DNA of 28,561 nt from Armatimonadota bacterium (GTDB taxonomy: Bacteria; Armatimonadota; Armatimonadia; Armatimonadales; Armatimonadaceae), in assembly GCA_043754515.1 (NCBI GenBank), contig JAYUUO010000221.1:1-28561 (forward strand). Reading direction: 5' to 3'. Under the pieces are notes generated by a model that was not told the DNA's origin, made no database searches, and was given only the letters and a program-made list of their open reading frames with translations. Positions 1-9,614 of this stretch are shown in pieces (positions within the stretch are counted from its first letter, which is position 1; each line of letters starts with the position of its first letter). The position numbers were made by a program, and so were the translations under genes.

Positions 1-132
1 GACCCCGCGTTACGCGGCGAGTTGGGCCGCCTCGCCCGCGCCCGCGCGGAACGGTTCTCCATCGGCGCGAGCGCGGACGCTTACGCCGCGATCTATGAGG
101 GGTTGCGGGCCGCCCCGAGAGGCCGCACATAG
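1..132 (+). CDS. 3' end of a probable GT4-family glycosyltransferase (partial)
   Basis: Frame 1 reads DPALRGELGRLARARAERFSIGASADAYAAIYEGLRAAPRGRT* (TAG 130-132), resembling the GT-B/GT4 C-terminal helix pattern; not in the ORF track. Confidence 0.7.
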   Translation, partial: DPALRGELGRLARARAERFSIGASADAYAAIYEGLRAAPRGRT

Positions 133-494
133 CCGGGAGATCACATGTGCGGTAGCCTGTTGCTTCGCGCTTCTAACGGTGGGCGGTCACGCGACCCCGC
201 CTGCCACAGATGTATGCTCGCCTGATGATTCTCCGGGCTAGCCGCCTCACGGTGCCCGGACTAGGGCGGGTGACGTACCCGATGCGCGCCCGTCTTCCCG
301 GCGTTCGCGGTTGCTCTAGCGATCTCCCTAGCCTGGTGCACCGGCCTGATCAAAGTGCCGGTCAACTAGCGAGGCGCGGTGATCACTTCGGAAATGCTTG
401 ATTAGCCGTGCGACGTGACGCGGACACGTGATCGCGATCAAGCCGGTACAGCACGGGTAGCGGTTCGCCCGACGAGGGCATCCCGAGTCCCGGC
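132..494 (+). ncRNA. Candidate structured non-coding RNA, family unknown
   Basis: 392-nt gap between convergent genes; possible closing helix GCCGGGA 132-138/TCCCGGC 488-494; hairpins 178-205, 232-260, 264-291, 324-373; crossing helices 396-402/437-443 and 406-411/451-456; G-U pairs work on the + strand. Confidence 0.4.
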
Positions 495-524
495 GTTTAG
501 AATGCAGAGAGGCGGAAGTGCTTC

Positions 525-1691
525 TCAGTACGTTCCCGTCAGGTCGAACGATTTCTCGCCGACCGTTTTCTTCGCCGACGATTCCCGGATCTTTCCCTGG
601 AGCAGTTCGTAATACAGGTCCTCATCGGTCGGAACGCTCGCCCAGTCGTCCGTCCACGCCGACAGGAGCATCGCGTTCGCGAGTTGCACGCCGTTGATGC
701 CTTCCACCCCTTCCGCGAGAAGCGGCTTCTTCTCGCGGATCGCGGCGATCCATTCGCGGGTGATCGTCCGGTGCTCGTTCGCGTCGTGGTTTCCCGACAC
801 TGGGATTTCGCAACGCCAGGTCTCCGGCTGCGAGAAGCCGTCGGTGCTGACACGCAGGTACTCGCGCACCGAACTCGTCGTGCGCCAGAACGTGATGCGG
901 TTACCCTCCATGCGTAAACGCCCACGGTCGCCGGACACCTCCAGCCAGTTCGCGCCCGGTGCCTCGCCCGTGGTCGTGATGAACGTCCCCGTCGCACCGT
1001 TCGCGTACTCGACATAGGCGGTCACGTCGTCCTCGACCTCGATGTCGTGGTGCCGACCGAAGCCGCAGAACGCCCGCACCCGCGTCGGCATCCCGCAGAA
1101 CCATTGCCACAGGTCTAGATTATGCGGGCACTGGTTGACCAGCACGCCGCCGCCCTCGCCCGCCCAGGTGGCACGCCAGCCGCCTGAATCGTAGTACGAC
1201 TGCGAGCGGAACCAATCGGTGATCATGTACTGCGTGCGCCGGATCTCGCCGAGTTCGCCGGATGCGATCACCTGCCGCACCTTCTGGTGGACGGGGCGCG
1301 TGCGCTGGTTGAACATGATGCCGAACACCCGGTCCGACTTCGCCGCAACCTCGTTCATCTCGCGCACCTGCTTGACGTAGACGCCCGCCGGTTTCTCGAC
1401 CAGCGGGTGCAACCCGTGGTTCATGGCGGCGATGGCGAGCGGCGGATGCAAGTAATGTGGCGCGGCGATGATCACGGCGTCCACGGTGCCGGACGCGATC
1501 AGCGCGTCCGCGTCGTCGAAACGCGCGACCGTCTCTGGCAGACTCTTCGCCGCACGGTCGAGCGCGGTGGGGCTGTTGTCCGCGACCGCCGCCAGCACCG
1601 CGCCCGGCACTTCGCCCGCCGCGAGGTAACGGGCGTGCTCGCGCCCCATGTTACCGATCCCGATCACGCCCACGCGCACCGTGTCACTCAT
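525..1691 (-). CDS. Gfo/Idh/MocA family oxidoreductase
   Basis: Rossmann GIGNMG, EKP motif, GGGVLVNQCPHNLD; start set at ATG 1691 (MSDTVRV) because GAGGA lies 8 nt upstream. Confidence 0.93.
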   Translation of the reverse strand: MSDTVRVGVIGIGNMGREHARYLAAGEVPGAVLAAVADNSPTALDRAAKSLPETVARFDDADALIASGTVDAVIIAAPHYLHPPLAIAAMNHGLHPLVEKPAGVYVKQVREMNEVAAKSDRVFGIMFNQRTRPVHQKVRQVIASGELGEIRRTQYMITDWFRSQSYYDSGGWRATWAGEGGGVLVNQCPHNLDLWQWFCGMPTRVRAFCGFGRHHDIEVEDDVTAYVEYANGATGTFITTTGEAPGANWLEVSGDRGRLRMEGNRITFWRTTSSVREYLRVSTDGFSQPETWRCEIPVSGNHDANEHRTITREWIAAIREKKPLLAEGVEGINGVQLANAMLLSAWTDDWASVPTDEDLYYELLQGKIRESSAKKTVGEKSFDLTGTY

Positions 1692-1743
1692 AACTGCGTT
1701 CCTCATGGGCTAACAGTTCACGGCGCGGGGTTGGGATTCCTTC

Positions 1744-1819
1744 CGCGATGCAGGAAGCCTCCGGTACAGGTTTTTCTTCGCGAGGGCGGCTGGCCGCGTT
1801 GGCCGCCCTCGCGAAGAAA
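1744..1819. repeat. REP/MITE-like dispersed repeat, copy 1, with 18-bp hairpin
   Basis: 1751-1775 is 22/25 identical to the reverse complement of 24760-24784; perfect 18-bp inverted repeat 1773-1790/1802-1819. Confidence 0.65.
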
Positions 1820-1850
1820 CTCGGACGCCCGATACCGCCGCCGAAGGCGA

Positions 1851-1856
1851 TATAAT
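1851..1856 (+). promoter_or_regulatory. -10 element upstream of proA
   Basis: Perfect TATAAT in a GC-rich intergenic region about 90 nt upstream of the start; no clear -35. Confidence 0.5.
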
Positions 1857-1946
1857 CGGGACACGCCCCTGGACGTAGCAGGAACGCGAACCACGCGACA
1901 CACTTCCCGTCGCGCCGTTTCATTAGGAGCCTCTCGAACCGTGGAT

Positions 1947-3260
1947 ATGCCGACCGATTTAACCCCCGAAGACGCCGCCGCTTACGCGGAGGTGGATGCC
2001 AAAGCCCGTGCCGCGAAGGCGGCCGCGCGTCGCCTTGCCACCGTGGGCGCGGGGATCAAGAACGCCGCACTGATGGCGATGGCGACCGCGCTCGACGAGA
2101 GCCGGGGCGCGATCCTGGCCGCGAACAGCCGCGACATCGGCACCGCGCAGGGGAACGGCGTCGCGCCGCACCTGGTGGACCGGCTCCTGCTCACGAACCA
2201 GCGCATTGACGCGATGCGCGAAGGGCTGGCGCAGGTCGCCACGCTCCCCGACCCGGTGGGAGATGTAGTCGGCGGCTGGCGTCGTCCGAACGGCTTGCAG
2301 ATCAACAAGGTGCGCGTCCCGCTCGGCGTGATCGGGATCATCTACGAGTCCCGCCCGAACGTGACCGTGGACGCCGCCGCGCTATGCCTGAAGTCGGGGA
2401 ACGCGTGCATCCTGCGCGGCGGGAGCGAGGCGATCCACTCCAACATCGCGCTGACCCGCGCCCTGATCCAGGCGACCGACAGCGTCGGCATTCCCACCGG
2501 AGCGATCTCGCTGATCGAGACCACGAACCGCGCCGCCGCACGCCGCCTGATGACACTCAACAAGTATGTGGATTGCCTGATCCCGCGCGGCGGCGCGTCC
2601 TTGATCGAGACCGTGGTGAAGACCGCGACCGTGCCCGTGATCGAAACCGGCACCGGCAACTGCCACGTCTATATTGACAGGGACGCCGACATGACGCTGG
2701 CCGAACGGATCATCGTGAACGCCAAGACGTCGCGCCCTTCGGTCTGTAACGCCGCCGAGACCCTGCTGTTCCACTCGCAGTGTGCGCCGGAGCTGGGCAT
2801 CGTCGGGCTTATCCAGCACTTGCAGGAGCTAGGCGTCGAGATTCGGGGATGTGAGCGGACGGCGCGGCTCGTGAACGAGTACAAGGGCGCGTACCGTTCG
2901 CTCAAGCCAGTAGCACTGGCGACCGAGGCGGATTTCTACTCCGAGTTTAACGACATGATCCTCGCGGTCAAGATCCTGGACTCGCTGGAGGAGGCCGTCG
3001 CGCACGTCAACGAGTACGGGACGCGGCACAGCGAGGCGATTGTCACCCGCTCCTATGCGTCGGCGCAGAAGTTCACCGACGAGGTAGACGCGGCGGTAGT
3101 GTACGTGAACGCGTCCACGCGCTTCACGGACGGCTACGAGTTCGGCTTCGGCGCGGAGATCGGCATCTCGAACCAAAAACTACACGCGCGCGGCCCGATG
3201 GGTTTAGAAGAGATGACCACGATTAAGTACGTGGTTCGCGGCACGGGCCAGGTGCGGTAG
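1947..3260 (+). CDS. proA: Glutamate-5-semialdehyde dehydrogenase (gamma-glutamyl phosphate reductase)
   Basis: VPLGVIGIIYESRPNVT, LRGGSEA, SVCNAAETLL, VNASTRFTDG, EIGISNQKLHARGPMGL; start ATG 1947 or in-frame GTG 1941 (AGGAG at 1925-1929). Confidence 0.97.
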   Translation: MPTDLTPEDAAAYAEVDAKARAAKAAARRLATVGAGIKNAALMAMATALDESRGAILAANSRDIGTAQGNGVAPHLVDRLLLTNQRIDAMREGLAQVATLPDPVGDVVGGWRRPNGLQINKVRVPLGVIGIIYESRPNVTVDAAALCLKSGNACILRGGSEAIHSNIALTRALIQATDSVGIPTGAISLIETTNRAAARRLMTLNKYVDCLIPRGGASLIETVVKTATVPVIETGTGNCHVYIDRDADMTLAERIIVNAKTSRPSVCNAAETLLFHSQCAPELGIVGLIQHLQELGVEIRGCERTARLVNEYKGAYRSLKPVALATEADFYSEFNDMILAVKILDSLEEAVAHVNEYGTRHSEAIVTRSYASAQKFTDEVDAAVVYVNASTRFTDGYEFGFGAEIGISNQKLHARGPMGLEEMTTIKYVVRGTGQVR

Positions 3261-3283
3261 GGCTTCTTTTTCATCTTATTGGT

Positions 3284-4195
3284 TCAAGCGAGCGCGATCC
3301 CGGCGGCGATGAGCGCGGCCCGCCCCGCCTCGCGTAACGCGAGGATCATGTCGGCGGGGCGTTTCGCGTCGGTCGGCACCACGGTCCGAAAACTGATCTT
3401 CAGCGTCGTCTTCAGCCCGTCGGTCGCGGAAACGCCCGCTACATGAGCGGGTTCGGCGAGCGCGAGCGTTTCGGAGGCGGATGCCAACGCGTCGTTCAGG
3501 AGATGAGTCGCGGCCGTTATGTCCACGGTCGCCGCCACGCCAATCTCGAAACTGTGCGCGACAGTGCCCCGCGAATAGTTACACACCTGCGTGATGTCGC
3601 CGTTCGACAGGATGTACAGCTTCCCGTCGTCGTCCCGGATACGGGTGGAGCGCATCCCGAGTTCTTCCACCGTTCCCGTCACGCCGCCGCCCGCGATCCC
3701 GTTCCCCCCGGCGGTGACGTACTCGCCGACGCCGAACTGGTCTTCGAGCAGGATAAAGAACCCGGAAAAGACGTCCTTCACCATCTTCTGCGCCCCGAAG
3801 CCGATCGCGATGCCAGCGACTCCCGCCGTGCCGACCAGCCCGAGCACGTTTACGCCGAGTACACCGAGCGCACCGACCACGAACAGAAATAGTAGCGTGT
3901 AGTAGGACGCCGACTGGCCGAGCGTCGCCAGCGTGCGTAGCCGCGCCGCCTGCGTCGGGTTCATCGCCGCGCCGCGCCGAGCCGCGAACCGGTCACTCGC
4001 CCGCCCGATCAGAACACGTAGCGCGGTGTTCAGCGCGAAGAACAGCAGGAAAAGCAGAGCGAGTTTGAACCCCGCCTTCAGCAACGCGCGGAACGGCAAG
4101 TCGCGGAGCGGCGGTAGTTGGAACAGGCTATCCACGAGCGACTGTTCGGGGAGCAATACCTGCGGCGGCGTGACGGGGGCTGGTTTAACGGGCAT
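3284..4195 (-). CDS. Small-conductance mechanosensitive channel family protein (MscS/YbiO-like)
   Basis: TM helices then GVAGIAIGFGAQ..KDVFSGFFILLEDQFGVGE and GTVEELGMRSTRIR; start ATG 4195, TACAAT at 4219-4214. Confidence 0.9.
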   Translation of the reverse strand: MPVKPAPVTPPQVLLPEQSLVDSLFQLPPLRDLPFRALLKAGFKLALLFLLFFALNTALRVLIGRASDRFAARRGAAMNPTQAARLRTLATLGQSASYYTLLFLFVVGALGVLGVNVLGLVGTAGVAGIAIGFGAQKMVKDVFSGFFILLEDQFGVGEYVTAGGNGIAGGGVTGTVEELGMRSTRIRDDDGKLYILSNGDITQVCNYSRGTVAHSFEIGVAATVDITAATHLLNDALASASETLALAEPAHVAGVSATDGLKTTLKISFRTVVPTDAKRPADMILALREAGRAALIAAGIALA

Positions 4196-4258
4196 CGGCA
4201 GATCTGACGTGCGATTGTACCCGGCGCACGGAAGCCACGGCAAGCGCGTCTCACGGGT

Positions 4259-5718
4259 GTAACTGTTCAGGGTTATCGAAGTAGAGTTCAGCAAAGCGCG
4301 GCACCCTGCTACCGCTGTGCCTGCGATAGCATCCGACGACAAGCCGATAAACTTCCCTCGCCCCGCAACTGCCATGTCGCAAACAGGCTCGATAGAACCG
4401 CCATCGTTTCCGAACCCGCCGACGTGCGCGTCCCGCCGCTTATCTTGCGCGACACCACCCGCGGACGAATACAACGCTCTGCCGCATTGTTCTCCGACGG
4501 TACTTCGGGACGCCAAACGGAAACAAACAACTCCGCCGCGAAGCGTAAGAGCCGCTGACATAGCGTACTCTGCGGCAAACTCGTGCCCTTACAACCCGTC
4601 CCAAGAGCGATCACCTCCGCCGCGAAGCGCGAGCAAGCCGCCTCGCGTTCGTGCGCATCATCGTTTGCGAATGCTTTCGCCCAGTCGTAAATGTCGCGTA
4701 AGTGCTCTACCCAACTAACTACCCCCGGCGTCGGGAAGCACTTCTTGAGTTCATGCACATCGCGTAGCAAATGTACCCAACATCGCTGGTGGTAACCTAA
4801 ATGCGCACTATAAGCACTGTAGAAGTCGCTGACCACCACGCCTTTGTAGTTCTCGCCCAGTACTTGAGTCACGGTCGCGCCGGCGCGCGACTTCGGATAG
4901 GTGAAATAGCACACCGAAGGCGTGGAAAAACTCCACAGATAGCCGTTCTAACCGTTCTAGCGCCAGCCCGTCTCGTCGCTGTGAACGAAAGGGCTATCGC
5001 GTAGTGTCTGCCGAAGCCCATCATAGGCAGGTTTCCCCAAGTCGGCGACCGCACAAAGCATCGTAACGATCTCGCCGTCGCTGATGGTGAGGCGGCACAG
5101 CGCAGACAGCAGCCCAGCGATTGTTCGGGCGGGCAGGCGGGCTTGTTGGCGCAGATAGGCGACGAGGGCATGGATTTGCGCGCCGAAGCGGCTTTGTCCG
5201 ACCGCCGTCGCCGAAAGGTCGAGTCCGGGGACGCACGACTTTCGGCAGACGCCGCAATAGCGCGTAACGCGGATGTGGTTGGTAATCTCAGGGGTGATCG
5301 GGGGCAGTTCGATGAGTTGCCGTCGGGTGTACTCGGAGCCGTCGGAAACAGCGCGCCCGCAGTCGGGGCAGTGCGAGCAGGCGTGAGCGATCTGGTTTGT
5401 GGGCGTCTCGCAGCGGCGGGTGGATGCCTGCATACGCTTTTTGCGCAGATGGGCAGGCACCGATGGTTTGTTAGGCTTGACGAAGGCAGGCGGTTCGGGC
5501 TTAGGTTTGTCGCCGCCCGGATTTTGCCCTTCGAGGCGCGCTATCTCCTGCCTAAGTTCTTCGATCTGTCGTTGCAAGAGAGCTATGGTTTGTGCCTGCT
5601 CTCGGATAAACCCGACGAGTTCGGGGATGGATTTGTCAAGAAGAGTATCCATAGTGTGCCGTTACCGTTTATTTACGAACGAGCAAGCGCAAAAGTTTCT
5701 GCAACGCTGAACAGTTAC
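4259..5718 (-). mobile_element. IS66-family insertion sequence, single-ORF (ISBst12-like), 1460 bp
   Basis: TIRs start GTAA (4259-4274 / 5703-5718, 15/16 match); encloses a single TnpC-like reading frame. Confidence 0.88.
4309..5652 (-). pseudogene. IS66 transposase (TnpC-like) interrupted by two in-frame TAG codons
   Basis: Coiled coil, CPDCG..CGVC zinc finger, DETGW, SDFYSAY, QRCWVHLLRD, NNAAERCIR; the two ORFs are in one frame with TAG at 4957-4959 and 4948-4950 (ETGWR*NG*NGYLW). Confidence 0.9.
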
Positions 5719-5757
5719 GATTTTTCGCCGCCACGTCATCCCTGGTACTGCTGGCTC

Positions 5758-5786
5758 TTGACATATCGCAAGGTACGTGGTACGAA
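5758..5786 (+). promoter_or_regulatory. Possible sigma70 promoter for the LacI-DUF1559-GH30 operon
   Basis: TTGACA 5758-5763, 17-nt spacer, weak TG-n-TACGAA; imperfect palindrome CTTAA-TAAT-TTAAG just downstream could be an operator. Confidence 0.35.
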
Positions 5787-5819
5787 GATTCATCTTAATA
5801 ATTTAAGTTGCGGTGAACA

Positions 5820-6884
5820 ATGATGGCAGAACGAACGACACAAACCTATAAAGCGACAATGCAAGACGTCGCCCGCGAAGCGGGGGTGTCTATCGCCACC
5901 GTCTCTTACGTCCTCAATAATCGCACCGGGGATGTCGGCGCGGCGATGCGCGAGAGGGTGTTGCAGACAGTGCGCCGCTTGCGGTACCAGCCGCGCGCGG
6001 GGCTGCGGCGGGGGCAGCGGGGGGCGCACACGGTCGGGTTTCTCATGCAGAACGCGGGACTCCAGTCGCTCGTTCGGCACCCCTACGCGATGTTTCTGTT
6101 GGACGGTGTCCTGTCGGTCGCCACGCCGAACCACATCAACGTCCTGCTGTTCAGCGTACCGACGTGGGAGGATGCGCACCAGTGCGTGCGCGCGCACATC
6201 GATGACCGCTGTGACGGGCTTATAGTCGGCATGGGCTCCGTCAGGGGCCGGGCTCTTTGGGACGTACTTTTGGAGCGCGGCATCCCGTTCGTGGCGATCA
6301 ACGACGGGGCGAGCGAGGGGCGCGTGGATAGTGTAGACGTGGACCATGTCGGCGCCGCCGAACACATAACGGCGTATCTCATCGCACGCGGGCATCGCCG
6401 CATCGGATTTATCGGCGGCGCCGCGGACAACGAGAACAGTGCTGATCGTCTCGCCGGGTACCGCCAGGCACTCACGGGGGCAGGTATAGCGCAACCCCCT
6501 GAACTCGTGGCAGCGGCGGGGTTTTGGGAGGAGGCGGGCTTCGAAAAGGCGAGGGTAATGCTTGACCGCGAGGCGGGGCGGCCGACCGCCCTTTTCTGCG
6601 CGAGCGACCAGATTGCGAGCGGGGCGTACCGCGCTGCGCGCGACAAGGGTTTGCGGATCCCGGCGGACGTGTCGGTTACGGGCTTCGACGACCTGCCAGT
6701 CGCCGTGGAACTCGCACCCCCGCTGACTACCATCCGCCAGCCGTTTCAGCAGATGGCGGTTCGGGCGATGGAGATGCTGCTGTTGCGGATCGCGGAATCG
6801 GGGGAGGCACCGCCCCACCCCATCGGCGAAAAGGTTGTTTTCCCGACAGAGTTCGTGGAGCGCGACTCGGTCGCGTCCGTGTGA
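5820..6884 (+). CDS. LacI-family transcriptional regulator
   Basis: ATMQDVAREAGVSIATVSYVLN HTH; IPADVSVTGFDD and PPLTTIRQP in the sugar-binding domain. Confidence 0.95.
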   Translation: MMAERTTQTYKATMQDVAREAGVSIATVSYVLNNRTGDVGAAMRERVLQTVRRLRYQPRAGLRRGQRGAHTVGFLMQNAGLQSLVRHPYAMFLLDGVLSVATPNHINVLLFSVPTWEDAHQCVRAHIDDRCDGLIVGMGSVRGRALWDVLLERGIPFVAINDGASEGRVDSVDVDHVGAAEHITAYLIARGHRRIGFIGGAADNENSADRLAGYRQALTGAGIAQPPELVAAAGFWEEAGFEKARVMLDREAGRPTALFCASDQIASGAYRAARDKGLRIPADVSVTGFDDLPVAVELAPPLTTIRQPFQQMAVRAMEMLLLRIAESGEAPPHPIGEKVVFPTEFVERDSVASV

Positions 6885-6922
6885 GGTGCCGTGCGGCACC
6901 CGTTTGAGAAAGGAAAAAAGGT

Positions 6923-7783
6923 ATGAAACCTGATACATCAACGATGCTTGGCAGACGACGTGGAGGTGTTGCACGCGCTTTCACACTGATTGAGTTGCTC
7001 GTTGTTATTGCTATTATAGCTATACTCGCAGCCATCTTGTTCCCGGTGTTCGCGCAAGCGCGTGAAAAAGGGCGGAAGACCAGCTGCGCGTCGAACCTGC
7101 GCCAGCTCGGCACCGCGATTGCGTTCTACACACAGGATTACGACGAAAGATATCCGTTCGGGTTCGACGAGGACACGGGGTACTTCCATTGTACGTGGTA
7201 CTACTACGTCGAGCCGTACCTCAAAGACATGGGTGTGTTTCGCTGCCCCGACGACCCCTTGTCCCACAATACCGCCCAGGACTTTGCAGGACCCTTCGTC
7301 TCGTACACCGCGAACGGTCTGGTCGGCGGTTATAACGGGGTGGCGAGCCCGAACCTGAAACTGCTGGGATTGATGGGCGATGTTGGGCTTTCCAACTCCT
7401 GGCTGAGCGGTACGGCGACGCAATCGCTAAGCGCGGTCACCAAGCCGTCCTCCACGGTTTTACTGACCGAGAAACTGCACGTTTTACGTAACGCGGATAA
7501 ATATCGGGGCTGCGCCTACGAAGTGTCGCGCGCGGCGGTCACCCTGGGATTGCCGTGGTGGGATGCCAGCCCTGACGACGGCCCGGTGAGCATTCCTGAC
7601 GGGTCGCGCGCCGCTACTGCCGACCCATATGACCCCGCCGGCCCGAACGGCTCGATAACGCCCGTTCACACGGGGCTTGCGAACTTCGTCTTCGCGGACG
7701 GTCACGTTAAGGCGATGAAGCCTACGGCGACGAATCCCGGAACGGCGAATGGCGAAAATATGTGGGACGCTACGCGGCAATGA
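6923..7783 (+). CDS. DUF1559-family prepilin-type N-terminal cleavage/methylation protein with H-X9-DG motif
   Basis: [46 protein letters not shown]-terminal [21 protein letters not shown]. Confidence 0.93.
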   Translation: MKPDTSTMLGRRRGGVARAFTLIELLVVIAIIAILAAILFPVFAQAREKGRKTSCASNLRQLGTAIAFYTQDYDERYPFGFDEDTGYFHCTWYYYVEPYLKDMGVFRCPDDPLSHNTAQDFAGPFVSYTANGLVGGYNGVASPNLKLLGLMGDVGLSNSWLSGTATQSLSAVTKPSSTVLLTEKLHVLRNADKYRGCAYEVSRAAVTLGLPWWDASPDDGPVSIPDGSRAATADPYDPAGPNGSITPVHTGLANFVFADGHVKAMKPTATNPGTANGENMWDATRQ

Positions 7784-8007
7784 CACGACTCTCACAAGCC
7801 TTACTCGCGGCGGTTGTAGGCGCGGGACTGATCGGGGCAGGTTGCGCGCAAAACGGCACGGGTGCCAGCGGCGCGATGACGGAAAGCGAGCGGGCGAAGA
7901 TCGCGCGGCGCGACGCGACGCCGCCCCCAGAAGCGGTAGAGGCGGCGAAAAAGATGGGCGGCGGACCGCCGCCCGGTGCGGAGCCCCCGGTCGCACCGGG
8001 GAAGTAA
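7780..8007 (+). CDS. Small putative lipoprotein
   Basis: ATGA overlap with the DUF1559 stop; signal peptide with lipobox-like GAGC and a Pro-rich tail. Confidence 0.7.
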   Translation: MTRLSQALLAAVVGAGLIGAGCAQNGTGASGAMTESERAKIARRDATPPPEAVEAAKKMGGGPPPGAEPPVAPGK

Positions 8008-8019
8008 AGGAAACGAAAC

Positions 8020-9579
8020 ATGCAAAAACAAACACCGAACAGGCTTGGGTATCGCTCCCCACTGCGCTGCGCCGTGCCCTGTGCCGTCGCGCTCGCCCTC
8101 TGCGTCGCGCCCGCCGCGCCCGCCGCGACGGCGACGGTCGCCGCCACCCCCGCACAGACAATTAAGGGCTGGGGTTGCTTCCCGGCGTTCACGAACGGCA
8201 GCAATGATGACGAGAACATTTTCAGCCGCCCAGCGATCCAAAAGGCGATCTACGATATGGGCGTTACCTTCGTCCGCGTCGAACTGTGGAACGGCTATTA
8301 CCGCGACGGAGGCGACACGGTACCGAGCGTGACCTTCAATACGACCCAAGGGCCGAAAGCGACCGGCAACGTTTCGAGCAACATAGGCGACCTTGTGCGT
8401 CAGGTCAAGGACGCCAAAGCGCACGGCGTAACGCAGTACATCCTCTCGTGCTGGAGCGCACCCGCAAGCATGAAAACGCTCGGCAGCCCAGACGGCACCG
8501 CGCCGGGAAACATAGCGGGCTATGTAGACCTGAACCACGACGGCAAGCCGGAACCGCCCGAATGGACTTTCCTGCGCCGGGATAAGGAACAGGCGTACTG
8601 CAACTTTTACGTCGCAGCCCTGCTGTATCTCCGGGCGCACGGCGCGGGGCTACCGGCATTCGTCAGCGTACAGAACGAGCCGTCGGTCGCGTTCGTCCCC
8701 TACCAGGCGTGCCGTATGGAGGCGGATCAGTGGCGTCGGATCGTCCATAGAATGCGCGCGACGCTGGACGCGAACGGCTTAGCACCCGTCAAAATCCATG
8801 GACCCGACGACAACTATACCCAGTCGGTGACTACCGACTGGGCGAGGAACCCGCAGCCGCCAGGCTATCTGCGCGATCCCGCCGGCCCCGCGTTCGACAC
8901 CGACCCCTCGCTAGGCCGCGCCCTGCCCGCTTACGCCTTTCATACCTATGACACTGGGTTCCTCGCCCAGGCCGTGGATAGCGTGACAAAGCATCCGCGC
9001 GACGTCTGGATGACTGAGTGGAACGACGAGGGACGCGGCGACGGCGACGGGAGCAGCGCCTCCCAGAACGACCTTCTCATTCAGTCCGCGCGCCGCCTCG
9101 CCTGCGATATGACAGTGATGCCGACCAACTACTGGGCGTGGTGGGTGGCGTGGCACAAGGGCGACGTTATCGCGCCCAGTGAACTGCTGACGGGCGATCA
9201 GACCCCAATCCTATCGTCGCGGTACACCCTGCTCCGAACGCTCTGGAAAACGGTTCGTCCGGGATGGCATTTCAAACTGATGTCTTGCGACGACCCCGAC
9301 ATCGCGCTTCAGCCGGACAAGTACGGCAACGTCAAGTATGCCCAGATGGCTGCCTTCGAAAGGCCTGACGGCAAAGCGAGCGTGGTTCTCCTCGTCAACC
9401 CAACCGCACAGGCGAAAGCGGGTTTCGTGGTGCGCGGGTTGCGCGGAGCGGCGGCGCGTGTGCTGCAAAGCGACGCCGATCACGATATGCGTGCGGTTCA
9501 GACCGGCGCGGTTCGGCGCGGCGCGGCGACCATCACCACGCTGCCCCCGCGTAGCGTAACCATAATGCTTACCCGCTGA
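8020..9579 (+). CDS. Secreted clan GH-A glycoside hydrolase, GH30-like
   Basis: Signal peptide; QTIKGWG, WSAPASMK, QNEP (acid/base), AFHTY, VWMTEW (nucleophile); C-terminal AAFERPDG..VVLLVN beta domain. Confidence 0.8.
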   Translation: MQKQTPNRLGYRSPLRCAVPCAVALALCVAPAAPAATATVAATPAQTIKGWGCFPAFTNGSNDDENIFSRPAIQKAIYDMGVTFVRVELWNGYYRDGGDTVPSVTFNTTQGPKATGNVSSNIGDLVRQVKDAKAHGVTQYILSCWSAPASMKTLGSPDGTAPGNIAGYVDLNHDGKPEPPEWTFLRRDKEQAYCNFYVAALLYLRAHGAGLPAFVSVQNEPSVAFVPYQACRMEADQWRRIVHRMRATLDANGLAPVKIHGPDDNYTQSVTTDWARNPQPPGYLRDPAGPAFDTDPSLGRALPAYAFHTYDTGFLAQAVDSVTKHPRDVWMTEWNDEGRGDGDGSSASQNDLLIQSARRLACDMTVMPTNYWAWWVAWHKGDVIAPSELLTGDQTPILSSRYTLLRTLWKTVRPGWHFKLMSCDDPDIALQPDKYGNVKYAQMAAFERPDGKASVVLLVNPTAQAKAGFVVRGLRGAAARVLQSDADHDMRAVQTGAVRRGAATITTLPPRSVTIMLTR

Positions 9580-9586
9580 GAAGCGA

Positions 9587-9614
9587 GGCTTCTCGGCGAA
9601 GGAGCCGAGAAGCC
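9587..9614. terminator. Hairpin, probable terminator between convergent genes
   Basis: 11-bp stem GGCTTCTCGGC/GCCGAGAAGCC immediately after the GH30 stop; no U-tract. Confidence 0.5.

Noticed and set aside
132..494. tmRNA, RNase P, SRP RNA or hammerhead identity for the first structured region
   Set aside because: No GGGG...ACCA tRNA-like ends or tag peptide, no GAGGAAAGTCC, no SRP helix-8 motif; CTGATGA at 222-228 lacks a properly placed stem II-GAAA
1287..1946. 657-aa N-terminally extended ProA in the ORF track
   Set aside because: The extension is antisense to the oxidoreductase and crosses the intergenic repeat; homology starts near 1947 with an RBS and -10 upstream
4196..4561. 425-aa extended MscS in the ORF track
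   Set aside because: The extension runs through the IS66 end and TSD and is an artefact of the insertion
5790..6974. Long antisense ORFs (5790-6974, 7801-8640, 26090-27046 and similar)
   Set aside because: Shadow frames of real genes in high-GC DNA, with no recognisable motifs
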